Source: Pyrinomonadales bacterium (GTDB taxonomy: Bacteria; Acidobacteriota; Blastocatellia; Pyrinomonadales; Pyrinomonadaceae). From it: DNA of 64,000 nt. Position numbers and translations under genes: made by a program. Below the pieces are notes generated by a model. The model ran no database searches. It saw only the letters and a list, made by a program, of their open reading frames with translations, and was not told where the DNA came from. The DNA is taken from positions 40,622 to 104,621 of the forward strand of contig JBBQWP010000019.1 in NCBI GenBank assembly GCA_038210455.1, read 5' to 3'. Positions 27,835-36,955 of the stretch are shown here, in pieces (the stretch's first letter is position 1; the number at the start of each line of letters is the position of its first letter).

Positions 27835-28755
27835 ATGACGATGAAGATTGACTGGATGCGCGGTTGTGCAACAGCGCTGGTGACTCCGTTCAAAGCCGAC
27901 GGGGCGATTGACGAAGATCAGTTGCGGGCGTTGGTCGACAGGCAAATCACCGGCGGCGTGCGTTTGCTTGTGCCCTGCGGCACGACCGGCGAGAGCGCCA
28001 CGATGACTGAAGCCGAAGACCAGCGCGTCATCGCGATCACGATCGAAGTCGCGCGCGGCCGCGCCCGGGTGATTGCCGGCACCGGAAGCAACTCGACCGC
28101 GTCCGCGATTGAGTATTCACAACGCGCGCGCAATCTGGGCGCCGACGCCATGCTGCAAGTTGCTCCCTGGTACAACAAGCCGACGCAGGAAGGCCTGTAC
28201 GCGCATTTCCGCGCCATCGCCGAAGCGATACCCGAAACGCCAATCATGCTTTACAACGTTCCGGGTCGGACTTCGTCGAACATTGCCGCGTCAACCGTGC
28301 TGCGTTTGGCGAGAGATTGCGAGAACATCGTGGCGATCAAGGAAGCGTCAGGAAACCTGACGCAGATTATGGAGATTTTGCGCGAGCGTCCGGCGAACTT
28401 TTGCCTTCTGTCGGGTGACGATGCGGTGACGCTGCCGCTGATCGCTCTCGGCGCAGAAGGAATCGTCTCCGTGGCGTCGAACGAAATTCCTGATTTGATG
28501 TCGCGGATGACGGAACTCGCCCTCGACGGAAACTGGACTGAAGCGCGAGCACTGCATTACCGCATCCTGCCATTGATGGAAATTAACTTTATCGAATCAA
28601 GCCCTGGACCGGTAAAGGCCGCCATGGCGATGATGGGATTGTTGGAAGAGAACTTCCGTCTGCCGTTGGTGCCGATTCAGGAAAAAAGTCGCGAGCGTAT
28701 TCGCGAAGTGATCACCGAACTCGGTCTGCTGGAGAGTGTGCATGCCACTGCGTGA
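27835..28755 (+). CDS. dapA: 4-hydroxy-tetrahydrodipicolinate synthase
   Basis: ALVTPF, VPCGTTGESATMT, YNVPGRT and the active-site Lys context AIKEASG. The start is trimmed to ATG 27835. Confidence 0.93.
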   Translation: MTMKIDWMRGCATALVTPFKADGAIDEDQLRALVDRQITGGVRLLVPCGTTGESATMTEAEDQRVIAITIEVARGRARVIAGTGSNSTASAIEYSQRARNLGADAMLQVAPWYNKPTQEGLYAHFRAIAEAIPETPIMLYNVPGRTSSNIAASTVLRLARDCENIVAIKEASGNLTQIMEILRERPANFCLLSGDDAVTLPLIALGAEGIVSVASNEIPDLMSRMTELALDGNWTEARALHYRILPLMEINFIESSPGPVKAAMAMMGLLEENFRLPLVPIQEKSRERIREVITELGLLESVHATA

Positions 28756-28756
28756 T

Positions 28757-28840
28757 GTCAGTACCACCTGCGGTAGCGGGTGGGCCATAGCTCAATCCAC
28801 ATACTCAAAGGCCCACCCGCTACCGCGGATGGTACTGACC
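28757..28840. repeat. Hairpin element, family B copy 1 (GTCAGTACCACCTGCGGTAGCGGGTGGGCC)
   Basis: gtcagtaccacctgcggtagcgggtgggcc-(loop)-ggcccacccgctaccgcggatggtactgac. It fills the dapA-dapD spacer, from 2 nt after the dapA stop to 2 nt before the dapD ATG. Confidence 0.8.
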
Positions 28841-28841
28841 T

Positions 28842-29675
28842 ATGTTACGTGAACAAATCGAAAAACTAGCGGCGCGCGAAGGCGGCGAATACCGTGAAGA
28901 AGACTTCGCGTTATTCGCTGACTTCAAAGCAGCGCTCAATCGCGGTCAAATCCGCGCGGCAGAGCGAAACGCGGTCGGTGAGTGGCAAACGAATGCCTGG
29001 GTCAAGCGGGGCATTCTGCTGGGCTTTCGCATGGGCGGGATTGTAGATATGTCGCCGGCAGATGGCAGCCTGCATTTCCTCGACAAGGACACTTATCCAA
29101 TCAGAAAGTTCTCGACTGGCGATCGCGTGCGCATCGTGCCGGGCGGATCGAGCATTCGCGATGGCTCGTACATAGCGCCGGGCGTGGTTTGCATGCCGCC
29201 GATGTTCGTCAACGCCGGGGCTTACGTGGACGAAGGGGCCATGATAGACAGCCACGCGCTGGTTGGCTCCTGCGCCCAGATTGGTAAGCGCGTGCATCTT
29301 TCGGCCGCAGCTCAGATTGGTGGCGTGCTCGAACCCGCCGGTGCGATGCCGGTGATTATCGAAGACGACGTGATCGTGGGCGGCAACTGTGGCGTCTATG
29401 AAGGCACGATTGTGCGCGAGCGGGCGGTGCTGGCTTCGGGCGTGATTATTACCGGCTCGACGCCAGTGTTCGATTTGGTGCGCGAAGAAATGTATCGCCG
29501 CAACGGCGATGCGCCGCTCGAGATTCCCGCGGGCGCCGTCGTGGTGCCGGGGGCACGCGCCGTTAAAACGGAAAAGGGACGTGAGTGGGGCCTGTCGCTC
29601 TATGCTCCGGTGATCGTGAAGTATCGTGATGAGAAGACGGATGCGGCGACGCAACTGGAGGATTGGCTGAGATAA
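28842..29675 (+). CDS. dapD: 2,3,4,5-tetrahydropyridine-2,6-dicarboxylate N-succinyltransferase
   Basis: 277 aa with the DapD-like N-terminal domain ([12 protein letters not shown]) and left-handed beta-helix hexapeptide repeats. Confidence 0.88.
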   Translation: MLREQIEKLAAREGGEYREEDFALFADFKAALNRGQIRAAERNAVGEWQTNAWVKRGILLGFRMGGIVDMSPADGSLHFLDKDTYPIRKFSTGDRVRIVPGGSSIRDGSYIAPGVVCMPPMFVNAGAYVDEGAMIDSHALVGSCAQIGKRVHLSAAAQIGGVLEPAGAMPVIIEDDVIVGGNCGVYEGTIVRERAVLASGVIITGSTPVFDLVREEMYRRNGDAPLEIPAGAVVVPGARAVKTEKGREWGLSLYAPVIVKYRDEKTDAATQLEDWLR

Positions 29676-29692
29676 TTTAATATCGCGTCAGC

Positions 29693-29920
29693 TTGGCGCT
29701 TGAAAAAACTGACGTCGAAAGGCACACTGCTGACATGGACAACAGACAAATTGTTCAAGACCTGCTTCAACGTATTCCAGAGGGGGCCTCGCTGCACGAC
29801 ATCGCTCAGGAAATAGAGTTTATCGCGGCTGTGCGACAGGGCTTGGTAGAACTCGATCGTGGTGAGCGAATCTCGATTGATGAAGTCGAGCGGGAACTTC
29901 CCTCATGGATTATCAGGTAG
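29693..29920 (+). CDS. Putative type II antitoxin partnered with the ParE-like toxin
   Basis: Small acidic ORF directly upstream of the RelE/ParE gene, overlapping it by 16 nt. The tail is ...AAVRQGLVELDRGERISIDEVERELPSW. ATG at 29735 is an alternative start. Confidence 0.6.
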   Translation: MALEKTDVERHTADMDNRQIVQDLLQRIPEGASLHDIAQEIEFIAAVRQGLVELDRGERISIDEVERELPSWIIR

Positions 29921-30207
29921 TCCTTTCGCCCTCTGCCGGGGTTGATCTTCGTGACATCGTCCGCTATATCTCCTTCGATGCGCCGGACCGCGCGCTTGAA
30001 TTTGGTCGGTTTCTAATTTCAAGGACCAGGCTGCTCGCGCGATCTCCCGAGCTAGGTAGGATCGTGCCGGAATTTCAGGACGCGTTCATCCGCGAGATCA
30101 TTATCGGTTCGTATCGCGTCGTTTACCGCCTCAACGATTCGCAACACATGGTTGAGGTTATTCGCTTCTGGCACGCAGCCCGAGGCACGCCAGAAATCAA
30201 GGAATGA
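29905..30207 (+). CDS. parE: Type II toxin, RelE/ParE family
   Basis: 100 aa. The pattern ...A..DL.DI..YI......A..F...L......L...P..GR.VPE......REI.....YRVVYR.......V.V..F.HAAR is typical of ParE toxins. Confidence 0.85.
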   Translation: MDYQVVLSPSAGVDLRDIVRYISFDAPDRALEFGRFLISRTRLLARSPELGRIVPEFQDAFIREIIIGSYRVVYRLNDSQHMVEVIRFWHAARGTPEIKE

Positions 30208-31361
30208 CGAAACAATTCCAACCACTCGCCTTCCTGCGCGGTATCGAAAAAAGCATGATCCGAAAGATCTCGGATCGCGCGAAGCCCGGCAGCATCAGTC
30301 TCGGCCTTGGCGAACCGGATCTGCCTACACCGGAGGTGATTCGGCGCGAGGCGGTGCGTGTCATTCAGGAGGAACAGAGCGGATACACTCTGCAGGCAGG
30401 CATCATCCCGCTACGTGAACGGATCGCCGCCGACTATCCGCACATGAACCTCTCAACCGAGCAGGTTGTAGTCACCGCGGGATCGCAGGAAGCGCTCTAT
30501 CTCATCCTGATGACATTGATCGAGCCGGGCGATGAAGTGCTAATGCCCAACCCAGGCTTCATTGCTTATCCGATGATTACGCGGATGGCTGGCGGGACCG
30601 CCATGACGTATGGACTGCCGGCAAAGAATGATTTCGCTTTTGATATTGATGACTTCAAGCGCCAGCTGTCTCCGCGCACTAAAGTTGTGATTTGTATCAG
30701 CCCGTCGAATCCGACGGGCCGAGCACTGACTAAGGAAGACCTGCGCGCGATGGCTGACGCGGTTACGGCAAGCGGCTCGGATGCCTTTATCATCAGCGAT
30801 GAGATTTATCGTGAGCTTTACTACACGCCGGAGCGTCCGGCTTCGATCTCCGAGTTCTATCCGCGGACGATCATCGTGAGCGGACTCTCAAAGTCGATGC
30901 GCATGACCGGCTGGCGAATTGGTTGGCTGGCCGGAGAGGAAGCGGTGATGCGCGCGGCGCTGGTGTTGCACGGATATGTGGTTACGTGTGCGTCAAGCAT
31001 TTCGCAGAAAGCGGCGCTGGCGGCGTGGACTGATGAAGCCGCCCTGGCGCGTGAAGAGATGCGCGAGATATTCCATCGACGCCGCGATCATCTGTTATCG
31101 CTGCTGCGTAACGAACTCGGTTTGCGATGCGTGACGCCTGAGGGCGCCTTCTATGTAATGGTTGATGTCAGTCGTTATGGTGATGCGCTGCGCGTGGCCG
31201 AGGCGGGTCTCGAGCAGGGCGTCGTGACGATTCCGGCCTCTGCGTTTGGCAACGAAGGCGATGGTTTTCTGCGAATTTCGTATTGTGCGGATGAGGGGAA
31301 GCTGTCGGAGGGCGTGCGGCGTTTGGGCGCGGCCTTGAAGGCTTGCAGTAAGGACATTTAA
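30204..31361 (+). CDS. PLP-dependent aminotransferase, class I/II (candidate N-succinyl-DAP / aspartate aminotransferase)
   Basis: LGEPDLPTP, NPSNPTG and the PLP-lysine context SGLSKSMRMTGWRIGW. The ATG overlaps the toxin stop (ATGA). Confidence 0.85.
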   Translation: MTKQFQPLAFLRGIEKSMIRKISDRAKPGSISLGLGEPDLPTPEVIRREAVRVIQEEQSGYTLQAGIIPLRERIAADYPHMNLSTEQVVVTAGSQEALYLILMTLIEPGDEVLMPNPGFIAYPMITRMAGGTAMTYGLPAKNDFAFDIDDFKRQLSPRTKVVICISPSNPTGRALTKEDLRAMADAVTASGSDAFIISDEIYRELYYTPERPASISEFYPRTIIVSGLSKSMRMTGWRIGWLAGEEAVMRAALVLHGYVVTCASSISQKAALAAWTDEAALAREEMREIFHRRRDHLLSLLRNELGLRCVTPEGAFYVMVDVSRYGDALRVAEAGLEQGVVTIPASAFGNEGDGFLRISYCADEGKLSEGVRRLGAALKACSKDI

Positions 31362-31477
31362 ACGCAGAGGACGCAGAGGTTTTCGCAAAGGTACGAGAGG
31401 AAAAACCTTTGTGTCCCATTGCGAAATCCTCCGCGTTCCTTTGCGTTAGATCTGAACTGGGCAAGACGCAACTAAAC

Positions 31478-32551
31478 ATGACCGACTCAACGAACAGAAA
31501 GCTTCGCGCAGGTATTTTGGGTGCGACCGGTGTGGTAGGCCAGCGTTTTATTCAACTGCTGGCGGATCATCCGCAGTTTGAAATCAGCGCGCTGGCCGCG
31601 TCCGATCGTTCACAAGGCAAAACATATGCGGCCGCCTGCACCTGGCGTCTGCCGGGTGAAATGCCCGAGCGCGTGAAAGAGATCGTCGTGCAGTCGCCGG
31701 CGCCTCCCCTGGATTGTGATTTCGTGTTTTCGAGTCTTCCCGGCGAAGTTGCCGGCGACGCGGAAGAGAGTTTTGCGCGCGCCGGGTACCCGGTCATTAC
31801 CAATTCCTCGTCGCATCGCATGGGCGCGGACGTGCCGCTGTTGATTCCCGAAGTAAACCCGGAACATCTCGATCTAATAGCCGCGCAGCGCGCCACACGC
31901 GGATACGGACGCGGCTACATCGTCACTAATCCGAATTGCTCGACGATTGTAATTGCGATGGCCCTGGCGCCGCTGCACCGGAAATTCGGCGTGGAGTCGT
32001 GCATCGCAACTACCATGCAGGCGATCTCGGGAGCAGGTTATCCTGGCGTGCCTTCGCTGGACATTACCGACAATGTCTTGCCATTCATCGGCGGTGAAGA
32101 GGAAAAGATCGAGAGCGAGACCGTGAAGATTCTCGGTCAGGTCGAAGGATCGACGATCAAAGGAGCGGCGATGAAGGTCAGCGCACAATGCAACCGGGTG
32201 AATGTGATCGACGGTCACCTCGCCGCGATGCGGGTGAAGCTTTCCCACGCCGCGCCGCTTGATCGAGTTCGCGCAGCGCTCGCTTCATTCAGTTCATTGC
32301 CACAGGAGCTGAAACTGCATTCAGCGCCGGCGCGGCCGATCATTGTGCGGGACGAAGTCGATCGCCCACAGCCGCGCCTGGATCGCGATGCGGGGAATGG
32401 CATGAGCGTAACTGTCGGACGAATCGCGGCCGACGCGGTGCTCGACTATCGTTTTGTGGCGCTGGGTCATAACACGATTCGGGGCGCAGCGGGCGCGGCA
32501 ATTTTGAACGCTGAGCTGTTGGTAGCGCGTGGGTATATCAAGGGGCAGTAG
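31478..32551 (+). CDS. asd: Aspartate-semialdehyde dehydrogenase
   Basis: KLRAGILGATGVVGQRF, active-site NPNCSTI, and AISGAGY. The start is trimmed from 31409 to ATG 31478 because the upstream extension is repeat-encoded. Confidence 0.92.
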   Translation: MTDSTNRKLRAGILGATGVVGQRFIQLLADHPQFEISALAASDRSQGKTYAAACTWRLPGEMPERVKEIVVQSPAPPLDCDFVFSSLPGEVAGDAEESFARAGYPVITNSSSHRMGADVPLLIPEVNPEHLDLIAAQRATRGYGRGYIVTNPNCSTIVIAMALAPLHRKFGVESCIATTMQAISGAGYPGVPSLDITDNVLPFIGGEEEKIESETVKILGQVEGSTIKGAAMKVSAQCNRVNVIDGHLAAMRVKLSHAAPLDRVRAALASFSSLPQELKLHSAPARPIIVRDEVDRPQPRLDRDAGNGMSVTVGRIAADAVLDYRFVALGHNTIRGAAGAAILNAELLVARGYIKGQ

Positions 32552-32575
32552 CCCGACATCCCAGGTGAGGCTATC

Positions 32576-32745
32576 TACCGCGAAGCGGTTCCGACCTCCG
32601 GCCCAGGGTTGCCGCCGCGGCTACCCTGGGTATCTGAATTAATCCGTCTCAACCCCGATGGGGTTGCGTCCTCTTTCATGCGCCGATACCCAACGTAGCC
32701 GCCAAGCGGCAACGTTGGGCTGGAGGTCCCAACCGCTTCGCGGTA
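32576..32745. repeat. Nested palindromic MITE-like element (outer TIR TACCGCGAAGCGGTTCCGACCTCC)
   Basis: taccgcgaagcggttccgacctcc ... ggaggtcccaaccgcttcgcggta form the outer TIRs. The inner pair is gcccagggttgccgccgcggctaccctgggtatc / gatacccaacgtagccgccaagcggcaacgttgggc. Confidence 0.7.
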
Positions 32746-33222
32746 TTGAATCGAGCTGCACGAATGCCTTCAATCGCTTTTATCTGCACTGCAAACCGGT
32801 GCCGCAGCGTGATGGCCCACGCGATCTGTGTGGCCGAGGTCAAGAAACGATCGCTGTCGATTGAAGTCCATTCTGCCGGGGTGCTTGATTTTTCAGACGA
32901 GCCGCCGCTGATCGAAACTTCGATCACCTGCTTGAATCACAACACTCCGCCTGTCAAGGAAACTCCTACGTGGGTAGGTCAGCTGCCACTCGACTCAATC
33001 AGTCGTTTCCTGGTGATGGAGCACGATCACGCCCACGCTTTGACGAGAGAATTCGGTGTCTCACCCAAGCGCATCAGCCTGCTCGGCACTTTCGATCCCC
33101 AGCAGCGCGGCGCGGAGATTGCCGATCCATTTGGCCATGACAGTCTGGTTTATGAACGCTCCTACAAGCTGATTCGTGATTGCATCGTTGGTTATCTCGA
33201 CACTACCGAAGAACTGAAGTGA
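32746..33222 (+). CDS. Low-molecular-weight protein-tyrosine phosphatase / arsenate-reductase fold
   Basis: P-loop SIAFICTANRCRSVMA (CX5R-S). The likely true start is ATG 32764. Confidence 0.85.
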   Translation: MNRAARMPSIAFICTANRCRSVMAHAICVAEVKKRSLSIEVHSAGVLDFSDEPPLIETSITCLNHNTPPVKETPTWVGQLPLDSISRFLVMEHDHAHALTREFGVSPKRISLLGTFDPQQRGAEIADPFGHDSLVYERSYKLIRDCIVGYLDTTEELK

Positions 33223-33248
33223 CCCGTCGATGATGCGGCACGGGAAGC

Positions 33249-33329
33249 GGGGCAGTAGCCCGACCGTCAGGGAGGGCTCCATTGACATAGGATCACTTTG
33301 AGCCCTCCCTTACGGTCGGGCTACTGCCC
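33249..33329. repeat. Hairpin element, family E (GCCCGACCGTCAGGGAGGGC)
   Basis: ggggcagtagcccgaccgtcagggagggctc-(loop)-gagccctcccttacggtcgggctactgccc. It overlaps the 3' end of the hydrolase gene. A half copy is at 397-418 and a related copy at 33966-34046. Confidence 0.75.
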
Positions 33330-33955
33330 GTCTGACTCAAGATCCACTCAGTAATCGCCGCCTTCAACTCATCCAATTGATGATCAAAAAAATGTCCGGC
33401 GCCCTTGATGACTTTCAATTCCACCGGGGCTCTGAGCCGCGCCACCAATTCACGTAATCGCTCAACCCCGCCGAACTCATCCACGTCGCCCTGGACGAAC
33501 AGAATTGGCTTGCGGCATTGCTCCAGAAAATCAAAATCGTACTTGTCGACCGGAGTACCGATGCTGATTAGTCGCGACACGCGTTCGTCGTCGCTGCCAA
33601 CTTCCAGGCCCACGCGTGCGCCGAAGGAAAAGCCGCACAGCGTAATCTGATGTCCGCGATAATTTTCCGCCAGATAGTCGAGCCCGGCACGCACATCTTC
33701 GCGCTCGCCGCGGCCTTCGTCATGCTCGCCCGTGCTCTGACCGACGCCGCGAAAGTTTATCCGCAAGGCCGCCAATCCGGATTCGTTTAGCGCCGCCGCT
33801 GCACGAAAGACGACTTTGTTGTGCATCGTGCCGCCAAAGAGCGGATGCGGATGCAGCACCAGAGCGACGCCGCGGATCGGACCGCGCGGCGCCTTCAGAA
33901 TCGCGTCGAGTTGACCATGCGGCGCCGGAATGAAAAGATTTCCTGCTGGATACAT
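33293..33955 (-). CDS. Alpha/beta hydrolase (COG2945-like)
   Basis: 220 aa. HPHPLFGGTMHNKV, nucleophile elbow GFSFGA, and C-terminal GAGHFF. Confidence 0.8.
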   Translation of the reverse strand: MYPAGNLFIPAPHGQLDAILKAPRGPIRGVALVLHPHPLFGGTMHNKVVFRAAAALNESGLAALRINFRGVGQSTGEHDEGRGEREDVRAGLDYLAENYRGHQITLCGFSFGARVGLEVGSDDERVSRLISIGTPVDKYDFDFLEQCRKPILFVQGDVDEFGGVERLRELVARLRAPVELKVIKGAGHFFDHQLDELKAAITEWILSQTGSSPTVREGSK

Positions 33956-33965
33956 AGGAGATGCC

Positions 33966-34046
33966 GGGGTACTAGCCCGGCCGTCAGGAAGATCTCAGTC
34001 TTCCTCGCCTCTAACTGATGAGCCCTCCCTCATGGTGGGCTAGTGC
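33966..34046. repeat. Hairpin element related to family E
   Basis: ggggtactagcccggccgtcagg ... gagccctccctcatggtgggctagtgcc. Confidence 0.55.
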
Positions 34047-34178
34047 CGCGCCTCTCTTCGATTTGTCGAAAGGGTTTGTCGAAAGTCGAGATATTATTCT
34101 ATTTGTAAGATGACGGCCACTTTCAAGCAAATGACATTGACTGGACCTTCGAAAAAAGATTAGCTTTCGAGCATCACG

Positions 34179-36743
34179 ATGAATGAACCCGCAGCGGAAA
34201 ACCTGGGCGCTCCACTTAGTGACTTGCACCAGATTACCCGTGCCATTGCCGATACGACCTCAGACGCAATCATCACGATTGACGAAGCAGGCAGGATGCT
34301 TTTCGTCAATCGCGCCGCCGAAAAAATGTTCGGCCATGCCCGCGAGAAACTCCTGGGACAAGCTTTGACCATGCTGCTACCTGATTATCCGGCGGTTGAG
34401 CCAGGCGAGCAGATTGTTTCGTCAGAGCCTGTTGAGTTGCTCGGGGTACACCAGAGCGGCCGTGAGATTCCTCTCGAATTGTCCTTCGCCGAGTTTGCCG
34501 AAAACGGCCGGCGCCTGTTTACCGGTGTGGCGCGAGACATTACTGAGCGGCACAATCTTGAGCGGCGTCTCGACGCGCAGTTTCAGGTGGCGCACATCCT
34601 GGCGTCTGCCGACTCAGTGGCCGCGTCTGCTCCTGAGCTATTGCAGGCGATTGGAGAAAGCGTGGGATGGGAGTTGGGCCAGCTGTGGCGCGTGGACCGC
34701 GAGGCGGATGTATTGCGCTGGGGGGGCGTGTGGCGCAAGGCGTCAGTGGACTCCACCGATTTTGAAGAGGCCAGCCGTAACCGCACATTTTCTCGCGGCT
34801 TTGGTCTGCCGGGACGCATTTGGGCTGCGGCCACATCTGAATGGATTAGTGATCTCGCGACCGAGTCGAATTTTTTGCGATGGCCGGCCGCGGCCCGCGC
34901 CGGCTTACGCTCGGCTTTTGGTTTTCCCATTATGGGGCAACACCAGGTCGCTGGAGTCATGGAATTCTTCTGTCGTGCCACTCAGGTTCCTGATGACTCG
35001 CTGCTCGCAGTAATGAATGTCATCGGGCATCAGATTGGGAACTTCGTCGAGCGGAGGCGCGCGGAAGAAGAGCGCATCCGGATGTACGACCGCGAGCAAC
35101 AAGCCCGGCTTGAGCTCGAGATCGCGATCGATCGGATGAAGCAGGTCCAGACAGTCACCGACGTCGCGCTCTCTCATTTGTCGATGGATGAATTGCTGGC
35201 TGAGTTATTGACACGGGTGCGCGAGGCAATGAAAGTCGATACGGTCGCAATTCTGTTGCTGGAGTCTGACGGTGAACATCTGGTGGCCTGGGCGGCCAGA
35301 GGACTGGAAGATGAAGTCGACCTGGGTGTGCGCATCCCGGTCGGGGCCGGGTTCGCCGGAAAAGTCGCGGCCACCAAGACTCCGGTGCGGATCGATGACA
35401 TCGAAACGGCGGATATTTTTAATCCGTTGTTGCGACAGAAGGGAATTCAAGCTCTGCTGGGAGTGCCTCTGCTCGTTGAAGGGAGAGTCATCGGCGTAAT
35501 TCATACCGGCAGGCTCACGCACGAGGTATTCACTGAGGACGACACGCGTTTTTTGCAACTGGTAGCCGATCGCATCGCGCTGGCGATAGACAACGCCCGC
35601 CTGTACGAAGAAGAGCGGACCGCACGCCGCGACGCCGAAGCGGCCAGCCGCGCCAAGGACGAGTTTCTTACCACGATCTCTCATGAGTTGCGTACGCCTC
35701 TGACTCCCATCATCGGTTGGATTCATATGATTCGCAACGGAATTCTGCCGGAGGAAGAAACGGGTCACGGCCTCTCGGTCATTGAGAGGAACTCGCACTC
35801 ACTGAAGCGCCTGATTAACGACCTGCTCGATATGTCGGCAATTCTTAGCGGTAAAATGCGGATGGAAGAATTGCCCGTGTCACTCGAGGATGTGGTGCGC
35901 GAAGCTGTCGAGACAGTCCGACCGGTGGCGGCCGAGCGCAATATTGCGATCGTGGTGAACTTTCGTGATTGGCATCACGAACTGGTGACCGGCGACCGCG
36001 CGCGCCTGTTACAGGTCTTCTGGAACCTCGCGCATAACGCGGTCAAGTTTTCATCTCCCGGAGGAAGAGTTGAAGTCGACGCGGAAGCCGGCGTGTCTGA
36101 GATAATTGTGCGGGTCCAGGACGCGGGACAGGGAATTGCGCCCGAGTTTCTGCCTTTTGTCTTCGAACGGTTTCGGCAGGCGGACGGCTCCAGGACCCGT
36201 TTACATGGCGGGCTAGGTTTGGGGCTGGCGCTGGCCAAGAGTTTTGTCGAAGCCCACAAGGGAACGGTGGAAGCCGAGAGTCCTGGCGCCGACCAGGGGA
36301 GCCGTTTCACGGTGAGGCTGCCTCTTCGAGAAACGGAAATTGAAAGTATTGAGCGTAAGCCTGCCCATCTGATGATAGTGGAAGATGATCCGGACACGCT
36401 CGAAATGTTGCGGGCCAATTTGGAAGCCCGAGGTTTTCGCGTGACCGCTCACGGGTCTGCCACAGAGACGCTGGCCGTTGCTCCCGAGACGCCGGTGGAC
36501 TTAATCATTTCGGATCTGGGAATGCCTGAGATGGATGGGTTGCACATGATAAAGAGACTGCGGGAGACGCCTGCTTATCAAAATGTGCCGGCGATTGCCT
36601 TGTCGGGTTACGCCTCGCGGAAGGATGCGAAGGCGGCAATCGCCGCAGGCTTTGACGCTCATGTGTCCAAGCCGGTGGACCCGGCGGAATTGGTGATCAT
36701 GGTGAACGGGTTGCTGGAAAAGACTTCCGGCGCGAAGAAGTGA
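34179..36743 (+). CDS. Hybrid sensor histidine kinase (PAS-GAF-GAF-HisKA-HATPase-REC)
   Basis: PAS (DAIITIDEAGRMLFVNRAAEKMFG), two GAF-like blocks, H-box TISHELRTPLTPIIGW, HATPase G-boxes, and a receiver with DLIISDLGMPEMDG and a conserved K. Confidence 0.9.
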   Translation: MNEPAAENLGAPLSDLHQITRAIADTTSDAIITIDEAGRMLFVNRAAEKMFGHAREKLLGQALTMLLPDYPAVEPGEQIVSSEPVELLGVHQSGREIPLELSFAEFAENGRRLFTGVARDITERHNLERRLDAQFQVAHILASADSVAASAPELLQAIGESVGWELGQLWRVDREADVLRWGGVWRKASVDSTDFEEASRNRTFSRGFGLPGRIWAAATSEWISDLATESNFLRWPAAARAGLRSAFGFPIMGQHQVAGVMEFFCRATQVPDDSLLAVMNVIGHQIGNFVERRRAEEERIRMYDREQQARLELEIAIDRMKQVQTVTDVALSHLSMDELLAELLTRVREAMKVDTVAILLLESDGEHLVAWAARGLEDEVDLGVRIPVGAGFAGKVAATKTPVRIDDIETADIFNPLLRQKGIQALLGVPLLVEGRVIGVIHTGRLTHEVFTEDDTRFLQLVADRIALAIDNARLYEEERTARRDAEAASRAKDEFLTTISHELRTPLTPIIGWIHMIRNGILPEEETGHGLSVIERNSHSLKRLINDLLDMSAILSGKMRMEELPVSLEDVVREAVETVRPVAAERNIAIVVNFRDWHHELVTGDRARLLQVFWNLAHNAVKFSSPGGRVEVDAEAGVSEIIVRVQDAGQGIAPEFLPFVFERFRQADGSRTRLHGGLGLGLALAKSFVEAHKGTVEAESPGADQGSRFTVRLPLRETEIESIERKPAHLMIVEDDPDTLEMLRANLEARGFRVTAHGSATETLAVAPETPVDLIISDLGMPEMDGLHMIKRLRETPAYQNVPAIALSGYASRKDAKAAIAAGFDAHVSKPVDPAELVIMVNGLLEKTSGAKK

Positions 36744-36776
36744 TCTTGATCGGAGCTAGCTCTTCCCAACCTCCAC

Positions 36777-36954
36777 GTCAGTACCGAGAGCGTAGCGACC
36801 GGGTCGCCTTGCTGTCCGCATTAGATAGCAGCCACAGATTCACACGGATCAGCACAGATCAGAAACCACTTAACCGCGTAATGTCCTTATCCGTGTGAAT
36901 CTGTGGCGCCGATCTAGTGCGGACAGCGTAAGAGAAGACCCGGTCGCTACTGAC
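36777..36954. repeat. Triple-nested palindromic element (family C-related outer arms)
   Basis: Outer pair gtcagtaccgagagcgtagcgaccgggtc / gacccggtcgctactgac. Middle pair gctgtccgcattagat / atctagtgcggacagc. Inner pair ccacagattcacacggat / atccgtgtgaatctgtgg. Confidence 0.7.
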
Positions 36955-36955
36955 T

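Noticed and set aside
28911-29654. 247-aa antisense ORF opposite dapD. Similar long shadow ORFs lie at 10232-10828, 14825-15412, 20280-21008, 25559-26155, 35205-35798, 54906-55757, 58081-58689 and 62797-63390.
   Set aside because: All lie antisense to, or out of frame with, strongly recognisable genes. They have Arg/His/Ala/Pro-skewed composition typical of GC-rich shadow frames and show no recognisable motifs.
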